Origin: Candidatus Bathyarchaeia archaeon
GTDB lineage: Archaea > Thermoproteota > Bathyarchaeia > Bathyarchaeales > Bathycorpusculaceae
Reading direction: 5' to 3'
NCBI GenBank assembly: GCA_038727135.1
Contig: JAVYWL010000001.1
Location: forward strand, 736,001-800,000
Length of the DNA stretch: 64,000 bases
Made by a program: the position numbers and the translations under genes. Every line of letters starts with the position of its first letter. Position 1 is the stretch's first letter. Shown one piece after another: positions 1 to 10,048 of this stretch. The notes under the pieces were generated by a model. The model had not been told where the DNA came from and made no database searches. It worked only from the letters and a program-made list of their open reading frames with translations.

Positions 1-296
1 TCCAAAATTATTTTTGAAACTTCCCTTATTATCTTCGCCTTGTTTCGATAGAGTCCAGCGACTTTTAGGCACTCCTCTATTTCGCTTGTTTTGGCGTTTG
101 CCAAGGCTTCCGGGGTTATTGGGAAGGTTTTTGAGAGTTTTTGGAAGGCTTTCTCCGTATTTCTGTCAGACGTGTTTTGGGAAATTATCGTTATGATTAG
201 CGTTTCAAAGGGGTTGTGATCTGCTGAAACCCATCTTGGCAAAGTGAAGTTTTCCCTTAGGATTTCAAGGATTTCTTCTGCTCTTTTATCGTTCAT
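1..296 (-). CDS. nth: Endonuclease III (HhH-GPD DNA glycosylase), N-terminal part, truncated by window edge
   Basis: Manual translation (not in ORF track): MNDKRAEEILEILRENFTLPRW...NPFETLIITIISQNTSDRNT...CLKVAGLYRNKAKII; the PFExLIxxIISQ and GLYRNKA motifs are typical of Nth. Confidence 0.85.
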   Translation of the reverse strand, partial: MNDKRAEEILEILRENFTLPRWVSADHNPFETLIITIISQNTSDRNTEKAFQKLSKTFPITPEALANAKTSEIEECLKVAGLYRNKAKIIREVSKIIL

Positions 297-368
297 TTTC
301 GCCTTCCTTTTTTGAAAGTAATAAATAGTGAATGCATAAAGCTATAAATACGTTGGAGAATCCCGGAG

Positions 369-758
369 ATGGAGCGAGCCAAAGTTATTAAGGACGAGTT
401 GGTTGAGCAGAACATCCATTTTCTCGCCGTTTACCTTGAAACGAAGAACTCCTGCCTAATACTTTTGAGTGAGAACGAGGATAGGCTTGGAACGCTAGCT
501 ATAGCCATACCCAAACCTCCAGACACGCCGGGACTGCCCTCCTCATCTGTTATTCTTGGCAACAGGAACGTTATTTCAGCTCGCATGTTTGCCGAATATT
601 TGGCTTCGAAAAAGGGCAAAATAGCTGTAGTTTCAGTCTATCTCGAGAAAATGGACGAGATGCAGGCACAAGCCATTTTTAAGCGGCTAATTGAAAGAGT
701 CACCCTTGCAGAACCAAAAGTTGAAGGTTTGGAAAGCCGAGAGGGAAGCATAACATGA
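369..758 (+). CDS. Proteasome assembly chaperone 4 (PAC4)/LpdD-like fold protein
   Basis: LGTLAIAIP...PSSSVILG...ARMFAEYLASKKGKIAVVSVYL resembles the PAC4/PSMG4 pattern; 4-bp overlap with the ubiD-like gene. Confidence 0.55.
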   Translation: MERAKVIKDELVEQNIHFLAVYLETKNSCLILLSENEDRLGTLAIAIPKPPDTPGLPSSSVILGNRNVISARMFAEYLASKKGKIAVVSVYLEKMDEMQAQAIFKRLIERVTLAEPKVEGLESREGSIT

Positions 759-2098
759 GCCTTAGAACTTTTCTGGCGCAGATGGAGGAGAAGGGCGAAG
801 TACTCCACATAAAAGAAGAGGTTTCCACAAACTTTGAAATCTCCTACATTATGAAAGCTTTCGACGCTGACGGTCCAATTCTCATGTTTGAAAACGTTGA
901 AGACACAAAAACCAAGATTGTGGCTAACGTTTGCGGAACAAGAAAGCGCATATGCGAAGCATTAGGTGTTGAGCCGGAAGGGCTTTATCAAAAACTTTTG
1001 GAGGCTTGGCGCAGTTCTCAAAGGCCAAAAATTATTGAAGACGGCGCTGTTAAAGAGGTTGTTGAAGAGCCAGACTTGCTACGAATTCCAATTTTAACCC
1101 ATTTTGAGAGGGATGCTGGACCTTACATAACTTCGGCTGTTGTCCATGCGAAAAGCCTTGACGGAACCATTGAAAATGTGTCCATCCACCGTTTGCAGCT
1201 TTTAGACGAGAGGCATTTGGCAATACGCCTGGTCCCTAGACACCTTTATAAGTTGTGGCAGATGGCTAAGGAGGCAGAAGTTGACTTGGACGTGGCAATT
1301 TCTGTCGGTGTTCATCCAGCAGTCATGTTGGCAGCTTCCTCGCCGGTGCCCTTTGGAGTAAACGAATATGAGGTTGCGAATGCACTGTTAGGCGGAAAAC
1401 TTCAACTGGTGAAATGCAAGTATGTGGACGCCTATGCCCCAGCAGACGCGGAGCTCGTTTTAGAGGGTAGAATTTCCGCCTCAAAAGAGGTGCCGGAGGG
1501 ACCACTGGTGGACATTACTGGAACATACGATATTGAGCGTAAACAGCCAGTCGTCGAAATTGTCAACATTATGCACCGCAGAGACTACATTTATCAAGCG
1601 CTTTTACCATCTGGAGCGGAGCATAGGCTTTTGATGGGTCTCCCACACGAGGCAGCGATTTATGAGGCGGTTTCAAAAGTTGTGCCAAAGGTTAAGGCTG
1701 TAAACCTTTCGGTTGGTGGTGGCGGATGGCTCCATGCAATAATATCCATAGAAAAACAACTTGACGGCGACGGAAAAAACGCCTTGTTAGCCGCGTTTGC
1801 AGCTCATCCAAGTCTCAAACATGCCGTTGTTGTGGACACCGACATAGACGTTTTCAATATGGCTGATGTCGAATGGGCTATTGCCACCCGCTTTCAAGCG
1901 TCGGAAGACCTAGTTATAATAGAAAATGTGAGAGGTTCAACATTGGACTCGTCTGCAAACCAGGAGACGGGTTTAACTTCAAAGATGGGTTTGGACGCCA
2001 CCAAGCCACTGGCAAAACCCAAAGAGAAGTTTGAGAGAGCGCGGATACCAGCGAGCAAGCGTGTTGAAGAATTAACGAAGAAACTTCTTGGACGCTGA
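755..2098 (+). CDS. ubiD: UbiD family prFMN-dependent decarboxylase, probably anhydromevalonate phosphate decarboxylase
   Basis: NVSIHR, EGPLVDITGTY, VVDTDIDV, WAIATR, KMGLDAT motifs; substrate inferred from the MVA genes in the window. Confidence 0.88.
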   Translation: MSLRTFLAQMEEKGEVLHIKEEVSTNFEISYIMKAFDADGPILMFENVEDTKTKIVANVCGTRKRICEALGVEPEGLYQKLLEAWRSSQRPKIIEDGAVKEVVEEPDLLRIPILTHFERDAGPYITSAVVHAKSLDGTIENVSIHRLQLLDERHLAIRLVPRHLYKLWQMAKEAEVDLDVAISVGVHPAVMLAASSPVPFGVNEYEVANALLGGKLQLVKCKYVDAYAPADAELVLEGRISASKEVPEGPLVDITGTYDIERKQPVVEIVNIMHRRDYIYQALLPSGAEHRLLMGLPHEAAIYEAVSKVVPKVKAVNLSVGGGGWLHAIISIEKQLDGDGKNALLAAFAAHPSLKHAVVVDTDIDVFNMADVEWAIATRFQASEDLVIIENVRGSTLDSSANQETGLTSKMGLDATKPLAKPKEKFERARIPASKRVEELTKKLLGR

Positions 2099-2148
2099 AG
2101 CGTCTGTTCACCAACGCGTCAAATTATATATGTGGGTTTCCTTATAGG

Positions 2149-2661
2149 ATGGTTGGTGAAACCTTGGAAGACGAGGAAGAAGCAGGAAAATCGGAAAGCC
2201 CACTTACCCTTAGAGTTGAGGATGTTATGGTTAGGGAAGTAATAACCATAGATGAAGAGTCGAGTGTTCGTGAAGCCGCAGAGGTAATGAACAAGTTTGA
2301 GATTGGCTGCCTAATAGCCGTCCGGAAGGGAAAAGCTGTCGGCATAATAACTGAAAGAGACCTCCTAAAAAGGGTTGTCGCCGAAGCCAGAGACGTTAAC
2401 AAAACAAAGGTTAAAGACGTCATGTCAAGTCCGTTAGTTGTTGTGGAGCCAAAAATGGAGCTGGAGGAAGCGGTAAGACTAATGTTTCAGATGAAGATTA
2501 AAAAGCTGCCAGTGGTTGATGGAAAACGCCTCGTTGGACTTGTAACCTTAACAGATATAGCTCGCTTCCAACCTCAAATGATAAAAATCCTTAAACAGCT
2601 CGCCATGAGACAAGCGGCACCGAAAAGCATGAAAAAGGTCATAGACTACTACGTAGTGTAA
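2149..2661 (+). CDS. CBS domain pair protein
   Basis: VEDVM...GIITERDL, VKDVM...KLPVVD...GLVTLTDI. Confidence 0.9.
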   Translation: MVGETLEDEEEAGKSESPLTLRVEDVMVREVITIDEESSVREAAEVMNKFEIGCLIAVRKGKAVGIITERDLLKRVVAEARDVNKTKVKDVMSSPLVVVEPKMELEEAVRLMFQMKIKKLPVVDGKRLVGLVTLTDIARFQPQMIKILKQLAMRQAAPKSMKKVIDYYVV

Positions 2662-2773
2662 TTTTTTAGGCTTATATCCGGTGTTTGGCTAATGCTCTGT
2701 TTTATTGACACGTTATTTTTAACGCAAGTTTAAAATATTCAGAATCAGAATAAGAAGGCTACTGGGATAATAA

Positions 2774-3739
2774 ATGAACAAGAAAATATTGTTAGTAGTA
2801 CCGCTGCTTTTAACAATGCTGTCTACAGTTAAGCCGTCAACGGCACGCATTGACCACTTTGCTTGGATAAACCCAACAATAGGCGAAGATCTCTATTACG
2901 GGCGAACAGTAGTCGCCTATATGGAAGGGACTATCTGGAACATTTCATTAAGCATTTATAACGATTATCGTCCGCCGCCACAACCAACATACTTGCCCAT
3001 AAATGTCACTGCAATAAAAGTTTACTTTGATTGGGGCGAATGGTACAACCATACATTGGAGACCCCTGTTCACATGGACCCATATGACGTTAAGGTCTTT
3101 AACGTTTGGAATTATACGCCATCAGTCACTGTTGCGCCAGAAACATGGGTGCACACATACTATGTTTACGTGGAATTTATTGTTGAGGGCGAGGATGTTC
3201 CACGGATAGAGTGGTATACTTCCGGCAGCAACTTCGCTGTTATGTCAAGTGCGCATTTTGAATGCTTCAAACTTTACAACAAATTAAAAAATGTTATCGG
3301 GGGAATAGCTTCCATGCCGCTTAACTCCACCGAGGCCAGAATTCTCTTGGCTAAAGCCCAAATAGAGTACAACCTTGGAAGGCAATATTACACTAATGGA
3401 GCTTTTGAGGATGCAAGAATACATTTTGCATATGCCGAGACATACATGAACGAGGCTCTCGTGGTAGGAGAAGAAAGGGGAGTAGAGTTTGAGGATGCCA
3501 TGCTAGCCTACTATAATGCTATGGCAGAGTACTATAACGCTTTGGCGAACGCCACAATAAAACAGGCTGAAGCAGAGCTAAAACAAGCCGAAGCACAAAT
3601 CATACAAGCGAACGCCGCCCTAAACAACTCCTACGGGTGGATCTTCTTCGGACTTGGCTGGACGCTAATAGGCATAGGCGTCATAATCTACGGTTTCAGA
3701 AAAACGAGAATTCCAAAAACCGAAGCCAAAACCGCGTGA
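2774..3739 (+). CDS. Secreted, C-terminally membrane-anchored hypothetical protein with helical stalk
   Basis: N-terminal signal peptide (MNKKILLVVPLLL), aromatic beta-rich domain, heptad repeats, C-terminal TM helix with basic tail. Confidence 0.75.
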   Translation: MNKKILLVVPLLLTMLSTVKPSTARIDHFAWINPTIGEDLYYGRTVVAYMEGTIWNISLSIYNDYRPPPQPTYLPINVTAIKVYFDWGEWYNHTLETPVHMDPYDVKVFNVWNYTPSVTVAPETWVHTYYVYVEFIVEGEDVPRIEWYTSGSNFAVMSSAHFECFKLYNKLKNVIGGIASMPLNSTEARILLAKAQIEYNLGRQYYTNGAFEDARIHFAYAETYMNEALVVGEERGVEFEDAMLAYYNAMAEYYNALANATIKQAEAELKQAEAQIIQANAALNNSYGWIFFGLGWTLIGIGVIIYGFRKTRIPKTEAKTA

Positions 3740-3832
3740 TATACCCTATCCTTTTTGCATTCTCTTTTTCCTTTTTAAATGTGTTTAAATAAGTTTTAGG
3801 CTATTTTGATAAGGGCGAAACGGCGGAACGCT

Positions 3833-4897
3833 ATGAAGAAGACTTTAGTGTTTAAGGTTAACCCCGAAAACCCCGAAGCCAAAACAATATGCGAAGCAGC
3901 CATCATCATCAGAAACGGCGGTTTAGTGGCTTTTCCAACAGAAACAGTTTATGGCTTAGGAGCCGACGCATTAAATGCCAAGGCTGTTCTTGCACTTTTT
4001 AAGGCGAAAAAGCGTCCTCTGGACAACCCACCCATAGTCCATGTTGGAAGATTCGAGGACGTCTACAAACTCGCAAGAGATGTTCCAGCAAAGGCTAAAA
4101 TCCTAATGGAAACCTTTTGGCCGGGTCCATTAACACTAGTTTTAAAGCGTTCAAATATTGTGCCAGACGTGACTGTGGCTGGTTTGGACACTATAGCGGT
4201 TAGAATGCCAAAGCATAATGTTGCGCTGGCCCTCATTAGAGAAAGCGGCTGTCCAATTGCGGCTCCCAGCGCGAATCTGGCTGGTAGGCCTAGTCCCACA
4301 ACGGCTGAGCATGTTCTCGAAGACCTTAATGGTAGGATAGACGCCATTTTAGATGCCGGTCCAACCAGAATAGGTGTGGAATCCACAGTTTTAGACATGA
4401 CCGTTGACCCGCCCCAAATACTCCGCCCAGGCGGCACACCCCGTGAAGCCTTAGAGGCTGCTCTCGGGAAGGTTGAGCTACATCCAGTTGCTGTTGCTGA
4501 GAAAAGGTTACCAGTCGAAAAGGCTCGTTCGCCGGGGATGAAGCATAGGCACTATGCTCCAAAAGCTAAACTAATTGTTGTTGAGGGTGAGTTTTCAGCC
4601 ATCGTTAAAAAAGTTATGGAATTGGTAAACCGTTATAAAGAGCAGAACATGAAGGTGGGTGTTTTAGCTACCGATGAAACTGCCAGCCTTTATAGGGCTG
4701 ACGTTGTGAAGTCCCTTGGAAGCAGAAACCGCCTCGATGTGGTTGCGAGGAACCTTTTTGGGCTTTTAAGGGAGTTTGATATTGAAGGCGTAAACATAAT
4801 CATAGCCGAGGGTGTGCCAACTGAGGGTTTAGGTTTGGCTGTTATGAATAGGCTTAGGAAGGCTTCTGGTTATAAAATTGTCAAGGCAAGCTTCTAG
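3833..4897 (+). CDS. sua5: L-threonylcarbamoyladenylate synthase Sua5
   Basis: [36 protein letters not shown]; C-terminal SUA5 domain. Confidence 0.95.
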   Translation: MKKTLVFKVNPENPEAKTICEAAIIIRNGGLVAFPTETVYGLGADALNAKAVLALFKAKKRPLDNPPIVHVGRFEDVYKLARDVPAKAKILMETFWPGPLTLVLKRSNIVPDVTVAGLDTIAVRMPKHNVALALIRESGCPIAAPSANLAGRPSPTTAEHVLEDLNGRIDAILDAGPTRIGVESTVLDMTVDPPQILRPGGTPREALEAALGKVELHPVAVAEKRLPVEKARSPGMKHRHYAPKAKLIVVEGEFSAIVKKVMELVNRYKEQNMKVGVLATDETASLYRADVVKSLGSRNRLDVVARNLFGLLREFDIEGVNIIIAEGVPTEGLGLAVMNRLRKASGYKIVKASF

Positions 4898-4981
4898 AAA
4901 AATTTATATAGAAGTAATTTTTCGTGTGATTTTGCTGTCTTACACTTAACATGAAAAGTGGGATGAAGGGGGTGATGGTGC

Positions 4982-6628
4982 ATGGCGGCCATACCCTCTG
5001 GAACGGTCCCGGTTTTGGTGTTGAAGGAAGGAACCGGGCGAACCACTGGAAGGGAAGCCCAGAGAAACAACATTATGGCAGCCAAGATAATAGCGGAGCT
5101 TGTTAAAACCACTTTGGGACCGAAGGGCATGGACAAAATGCTTGTCAGCAGCTTCGGCGACGTCACAATAACCAACGACGGTGCAACAATACTGAAGGAG
5201 ATTGATGTTCAGCATCCGGCGGCTAAAATGCTTGTAGAGGTTGCTAAAGCTCAAGACAACGAGGTTGGCGATGGAACAACAACGGCCGCCGTCTTGGCTG
5301 GAGAGCTATTAGCGAAAGCTGAGGAGCTCCTAGACCAGAACATTCACCCAACGATAATTATTGAGGGTTTCAAGAAGGCCAGCGAGAGGGCCCGTGAAGT
5401 TTTGGAGAAAATGGCTTTGCCGGTGAGTATAAATGATGAGAAGAGGCTTATGGATGTTGCAATAACATCCATGGGCAGCAAGGGAATAGCTGCCGCAAAA
5501 GAGCACTTTGCAAAGTTGGCTGTTGAAGCCGTGAAGCAAGTCGCCGAAGAAAAGGATGGGAAGCTTAAGGCTGACATTGACCTTATCAAGATTTTGAAGA
5601 AGCACGGCAAAAGTCTAGAAGAAACGGAGCTTGTCAAAGGAATGGTTATCGACAAGGAAGTGGCTCATCCGCAGATGCCAAAGATGGTCCACAACGCGAA
5701 GATTGCGCTGTTAAACGCCAAACTAGAGATTGAGAAGACAGAATTTGACGCCAAAATCAACATTGAAAGTCCAGAGCAGATGAAACTCTTCTTGGACGAG
5801 GAGGAGCGCATGCTCCGTGAGATGGTGGACAAGATTGCAGAGGCAGGCGCCAACGTGGTGTTCTGCGAGAAGGGCATAGACGATGTGGCACTGCACTTCC
5901 TAGCTAAAAGAGGCATATTAGCAGTTAAGAACGTGAGCAGCAGCGACATGGAGAAGCTGGCTAGGGCGACCGGCGGCAAAATTGTTGCCAGCGTTAAAGA
6001 CTTAACGCCGGATGTGCTTGGCGAGGCGAAACTCGTCGAGGAGGTCAAAATAGGCGAGGACAAACTGGTCTATGTGCGGGAGTGCAAGAATCCAAAGGCC
6101 GTCACAATAGTAGTTAGAGGCGGAACAGAACACGTGGTCGACGAGGCTGAACGCTCACTGCACGACGCACTGTGCGTTGTAAGAAACGCCATCGAAGACG
6201 GAAAAATTGTGCCCGGAGGCGGCGCACCAGAAGCCGAAGTGGCAAAGCAGCTTAGGGACTATGCTGTGAAGGTTGGTGGACGAGAACAATTAGCTATAGA
6301 GGCTTTTGCCGATGCTGTTGAGTCTATACCGTTGACTTTGGCTGAAAACGCTGGATTAGACCCGGTTGACATCATGGTCGCATTAAGGGCGGCACACGAA
6401 AGTGCTTCATCACCGTCCTTTGGTGTTGATGTTTTCACCGGCAAGATTAGGGACATGCTAGAACTAAACGTTGTAGAACCATTAAGGGTCAAGCTTCAAG
6501 TCATAAAGTCCGCCACTGAAGCGGCAAACATGATACTGAAGATTGACGATGTAATAGCAGCGAAGGGTATTGAGAAGGAGAAGGAAAAGGAGAAAGAGAA
6601 ACCCAAAGAAACATCAGAGTTCGAGTAA
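4982..6628 (+). CDS. ths: Thermosome (group II chaperonin) subunit
   Basis: [29 protein letters not shown]. Confidence 0.97.
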   Translation: MAAIPSGTVPVLVLKEGTGRTTGREAQRNNIMAAKIIAELVKTTLGPKGMDKMLVSSFGDVTITNDGATILKEIDVQHPAAKMLVEVAKAQDNEVGDGTTTAAVLAGELLAKAEELLDQNIHPTIIIEGFKKASERAREVLEKMALPVSINDEKRLMDVAITSMGSKGIAAAKEHFAKLAVEAVKQVAEEKDGKLKADIDLIKILKKHGKSLEETELVKGMVIDKEVAHPQMPKMVHNAKIALLNAKLEIEKTEFDAKINIESPEQMKLFLDEEERMLREMVDKIAEAGANVVFCEKGIDDVALHFLAKRGILAVKNVSSSDMEKLARATGGKIVASVKDLTPDVLGEAKLVEEVKIGEDKLVYVRECKNPKAVTIVVRGGTEHVVDEAERSLHDALCVVRNAIEDGKIVPGGGAPEAEVAKQLRDYAVKVGGREQLAIEAFADAVESIPLTLAENAGLDPVDIMVALRAAHESASSPSFGVDVFTGKIRDMLELNVVEPLRVKLQVIKSATEAANMILKIDDVIAAKGIEKEKEKEKEKPKETSEFE

Positions 6629-6645
6629 ACCCAAAATCTCCAAAA

Positions 6646-7011
6646 CTATTTTTCTTTCCAGAGCTCTCTGAAAGCATCGGTCCACAGTAGGCTTTCTAAT
6701 GATGCTTGTTCAATAACGTCTCTCCATTTTCGCTCTATTTTTCTCCACTCATTGTCTTCCTTAATTTTTTTGAAAAATTCCTCCATGTCATGCAGATCTG
6801 CGAACTCATGCATTAGGACATATTTTCCCGGTGGTTTGCCACCTATACTTTGTCTGAAACAACGCAGAGACCTGATAAGCTTGAAGGTTTCCGGATGCTT
6901 GCTTCCATATTGGAGGATCTGTTTTACGATATCTTCGTTTTCCGCTTCTTTGCCCTTAACAACCGTCCACATATCTAGAAGGAAAATCGCTATAAAACAT
7001 CCCTCCTTCAA
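6646..7011 (-). CDS. Hypothetical protein, possible dimeric alpha-beta barrel (NIPSNAP-like); last gene of the hut operon
   Basis: Starts 3 nt after the hutU stop; YVLMHEFADLHDMEEF pattern; start uncertain. Confidence 0.55.
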   Translation of the reverse strand: MKEGCFIAIFLLDMWTVVKGKEAENEDIVKQILQYGSKHPETFKLIRSLRCFRQSIGGKPPGKYVLMHEFADLHDMEEFFKKIKEDNEWRKIERKWRDVIEQASLESLLWTDAFRELWKEK

Positions 7012-7014
7012 CGC

Positions 7015-8685
7015 TTATCTTAGCATTGGCATTTTAATGCCCTTTTCCCTCGCTATTTTCTTCGCCTTCTCATAACCAGCGTCCGCATGCCTAACTATGG
7101 CTGTTCCAGGGTCTGTTGTTAGAACTGTGACTATGCGTTTTTCAGCCTCTTTTGTTCCGTCAGCCACGAGGCACATGCCAGCATGTATACTATAGCCTAT
7201 TCCCACGCCTCCGCCGTGGTGGACGCTGACCCATGTGGCGCCAGCCACAGCATTCAATAACGCATTTAGTATGGGCCAGTCAGCTATGGCGTCGCTTCCG
7301 TCCATCATGCCCTCTGTTTCACGGTTTGGCGATGCAACGCTTCCTCCGTCCAAGTGGTCTCTCCCAATCCATACGGGGCCGGAAAGCCTCCCGCTTGCCA
7401 CCATGTCATTCATTATTTTTCCGAAGCGGGCTCTCTCTCCAAAGCCCAGCCAGCAGACGCGGGCTGGCAATCCCTGAAACTTAACCTGCTCTTTTGCCTT
7501 CCTTATCCATCGGCAGAGCTCCTTGTTATAGGAGAACTCCTTCAAAATCACATCATCCAAAGTATAGATGTCCTCGGCGCTCCCCACAAGGGATGTCCAG
7601 CGGAATGGCCCCCGCCCTTCGCAGAACATTGGCCTAATATAACGTTGAACAAAGCCTGGAAAGGCGAAGGCTTCTTTGAATCCGGCGTTGTAGGCTTGCT
7701 GGCGGAGATTGTTGCCGTATTCGAAGGTTACTGCGCCTTTCTCCATCATTTTAACCATGGCTTCCACTTGGGTGCGCATGCTTCGGCTGGCTCTTCGCAG
7801 ATACTCTTCTGGGTCATTTTTGCGGAGTTCGTCGGCTTCCTCCTTTGATAGTCCAGCTGGATAATAGCCATTCAACGGGTCGTGGGCGCTGGTTTGGTCT
7901 GTTAGCACGTCTGGTATTATTCCCCTCTTCAAGAGTTCTGGATGCACCTCAGCCGCATTTCCAAGTAGTCCAATGCTTCTTGGAATGCCTTCGCGTTTGG
8001 CTTCCAAAGCCATTTTCACAGCCTCATCCAAATCATCTGTCCATGTTTCCAAATAACCATGCCTTATGCGCCTGTCAATTGCGCGTTTGTCTATTTCCAC
8101 AACAAGCGCTACGCCCTCGTTCATTGTCACGGCTAGGGGCTGGGCTCCCCCCATCTCGCCTAAACCAGCCGTTAAGACTAGTCTGCCTCGGAGGGTTCCG
8201 CCGAAGTGTTCGCGGGCTACCGCCGCCAAGGTTTCATATGTACCTTGCAAAATGCCTTGCGTGCCAATGTAAGCCCACGAGCCGGCGGTCATCTGTCCAA
8301 ACATGATTAAGCCTTTCTGCTCCAGCTCGTAGAAATAGTCCCAAGTCGCCCATTTCGGCACAAGCATGGCATTAACTATTAGGGCTCGGGGCGCCCACTC
8401 GTGGGTTTTGAAGACGGCTACGGGCTTGCCGCTTTGAATAAGCATGGTTTCGTCTGGCTCAAGCTCAACAAGGGTTTCAACAATTTTTTCGAAACATTCC
8501 CAGTTGCGGGCAGCCTTGCCAGTGCCACCATAAACAATCAGCCTTTCAGGGTCTTTAGCCACTTCAGGGTCAACGACATTAAAGAGCATTCGCAAGATTC
8601 CTTCAATCTGCCAATTCTTGCAGTGCAACTCGTGGCCGGTCAAACATTTTATGGGTCTTTCCAACTTTAACAAGGAACTTTTCAC
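7015..8685 (-). CDS. hutU: Urocanate hydratase
   Basis: [53 protein letters not shown]. Confidence 0.97.
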   Translation of the reverse strand: MKSSLLKLERPIKCLTGHELHCKNWQIEGILRMLFNVVDPEVAKDPERLIVYGGTGKAARNWECFEKIVETLVELEPDETMLIQSGKPVAVFKTHEWAPRALIVNAMLVPKWATWDYFYELEQKGLIMFGQMTAGSWAYIGTQGILQGTYETLAAVAREHFGGTLRGRLVLTAGLGEMGGAQPLAVTMNEGVALVVEIDKRAIDRRIRHGYLETWTDDLDEAVKMALEAKREGIPRSIGLLGNAAEVHPELLKRGIIPDVLTDQTSAHDPLNGYYPAGLSKEEADELRKNDPEEYLRRASRSMRTQVEAMVKMMEKGAVTFEYGNNLRQQAYNAGFKEAFAFPGFVQRYIRPMFCEGRGPFRWTSLVGSAEDIYTLDDVILKEFSYNKELCRWIRKAKEQVKFQGLPARVCWLGFGERARFGKIMNDMVASGRLSGPVWIGRDHLDGGSVASPNRETEGMMDGSDAIADWPILNALLNAVAGATWVSVHHGGGVGIGYSIHAGMCLVADGTKEAEKRIVTVLTTDPGTAIVRHADAGYEKAKKIAREKGIKMPMLR

Positions 8686-8713
8686 CCTTAATCATGAAAT
8701 ATGTGGCTTGAGG

Positions 8714-10048
8714 TTACTCTAATTCTTTGCTGAAGAGTTTAGCTGCCTCAGCTATGGAGGCTTCCTCGTCAACAACTGTTCTGCCGTTCTTTATTACTTT
8801 GTCAACGAGGTTTACGCCGAAACGGTAGCCTAGAAAAACATGGTTTGGCACATTCAAAATCACTATGTCCGCTTTCTTGCCAACTTCTAGGCTTCCCACC
8901 TCGCTGGCCCTTCCAATGGCATGAGCGGCATTAATTGTGGCTGCTGTTATGGCTTCAGCTGGCGTCATCTTCATGAAATAGCATGCAAAAGCTATGACGA
9001 GCTGCTGGTTCTCAACCCAACAGCTAGGGTTAAAGTCTGTTCCCAAAGCCACTGGAACACCATAATCAATCATTTTACGGGCTTCGGCGTAACGTCCAGT
9101 CATGAGGCTGAAGGCCGCTGCTGGGAGCAGAACGGCAATCACGCCTTTTTCAGCCATAGCCTTAAGCCCAACATCAGAAGCGAACAACAAGTGCTCGGCT
9201 GAAACTGCTTCAAGGCTTGCTGCAAGCTCAGCCCCGCCCAGCTGGCTCATTTCGTCCGCGTGCACCTTAAGCCCTAAACCATGTTTTTTGGCTGCTATGA
9301 GAATTTTTCTGGTCTGTTCCAGGTTGAAGACGCCTTTCTCGCAGAAAACGTCGCAGAACTTCGCCAGCTTTTTCTCGGCAACGGCTGGAATCATTTCATC
9401 AACAACTAAGCTTACATACTCTTCTGGGTTGCTTGCGTATTCGGCTGGGATGGCGTGGGCTCCCATAAAGGTGGGAATAACGTCAACAGCGTGAAGCTGG
9501 TTTAAACGCTTAATAACCTCCAAAATCTTCAGTTCATCCTTTATTGTTAAGCCGTATCCGCTTTTTGCCTCCACAGTTGTCGTGCCATACCGCAGCATAA
9601 CATCTAAAGTGTTTAAGCCAAAGCCCAAAAGCTCGTCTAGGCTCGCTTTGCGGGTTTCCCTAACAGTTTTCAGTATGCCCCCGCCAGCCCTTAAAATCTC
9701 CATATAAGAGGCACCTTCAATTCTCATTTGGAACTCGTCTTCCCTCGAACCCGCAAAAACCAAATGCGTATGAGGGTCAACAAAGCCCGGCAGAACAGTT
9801 TTTCCGCTGGCATTCACAATGTTTTCAGCTCTAAAATTTTTCCTTATTTCCGAGGTTTTTCCAACAGCCAATATTTTACCGTCTTTTATGGCCACGCATC
9901 CGTTCTTGATTATTCCCAACTCCCGCATACGTTTGCCAGTTCTTGGCTTCTCGTTGCCGCCGGCCAATGTGATAAGCTCGCTGGCATTAACAATGAGTGT
10001 ATCGGCCTTTTCCTTGGCAGCGGTTTTCCCAGTTTTAGCTTTACTCAA
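8714..10048 (-). CDS. hutI: Imidazolonepropionase
   Basis: PGFVDPHTH, GGGIL, EAKSGYGL, HADE, GTDFNP; probable TTG start overlapping the ftcD stop. Confidence 0.95.
   Translation of the reverse strand: MSKAKTGKTAAKEKADTLIVNASELITLAGGNEKPRTGKRMRELGIIKNGCVAIKDGKILAVGKTSEIRKNFRAENIVNASGKTVLPGFVDPHTHLVFAGSREDEFQMRIEGASYMEILRAGGGILKTVRETRKASLDELLGFGLNTLDVMLRYGTTTVEAKSGYGLTIKDELKILEVIKRLNQLHAVDVIPTFMGAHAIPAEYASNPEEYVSLVVDEMIPAVAEKKLAKFCDVFCEKGVFNLEQTRKILIAAKKHGLGLKVHADEMSQLGGAELAASLEAVSAEHLLFASDVGLKAMAEKGVIAVLLPAAAFSLMTGRYAEARKMIDYGVPVALGTDFNPSCWVENQQLVIAFACYFMKMTPAEAITAATINAAHAIGRASEVGSLEVGKKADIVILNVPNHVFLGYRFGVNLVDKVIKNGRTVVDEEASIAEAAKLFSKELE

Noticed and set aside
14-196. 60-aa plus-strand ORF at the window start
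   Set aside because: Antisense shadow of the minus-strand endonuclease III gene
6569-6610. GAGAAG-type purine repeat at the end of the first thermosome gene
   Set aside because: Simply encodes the KEKEKEKEK tail; not an independent repeat element
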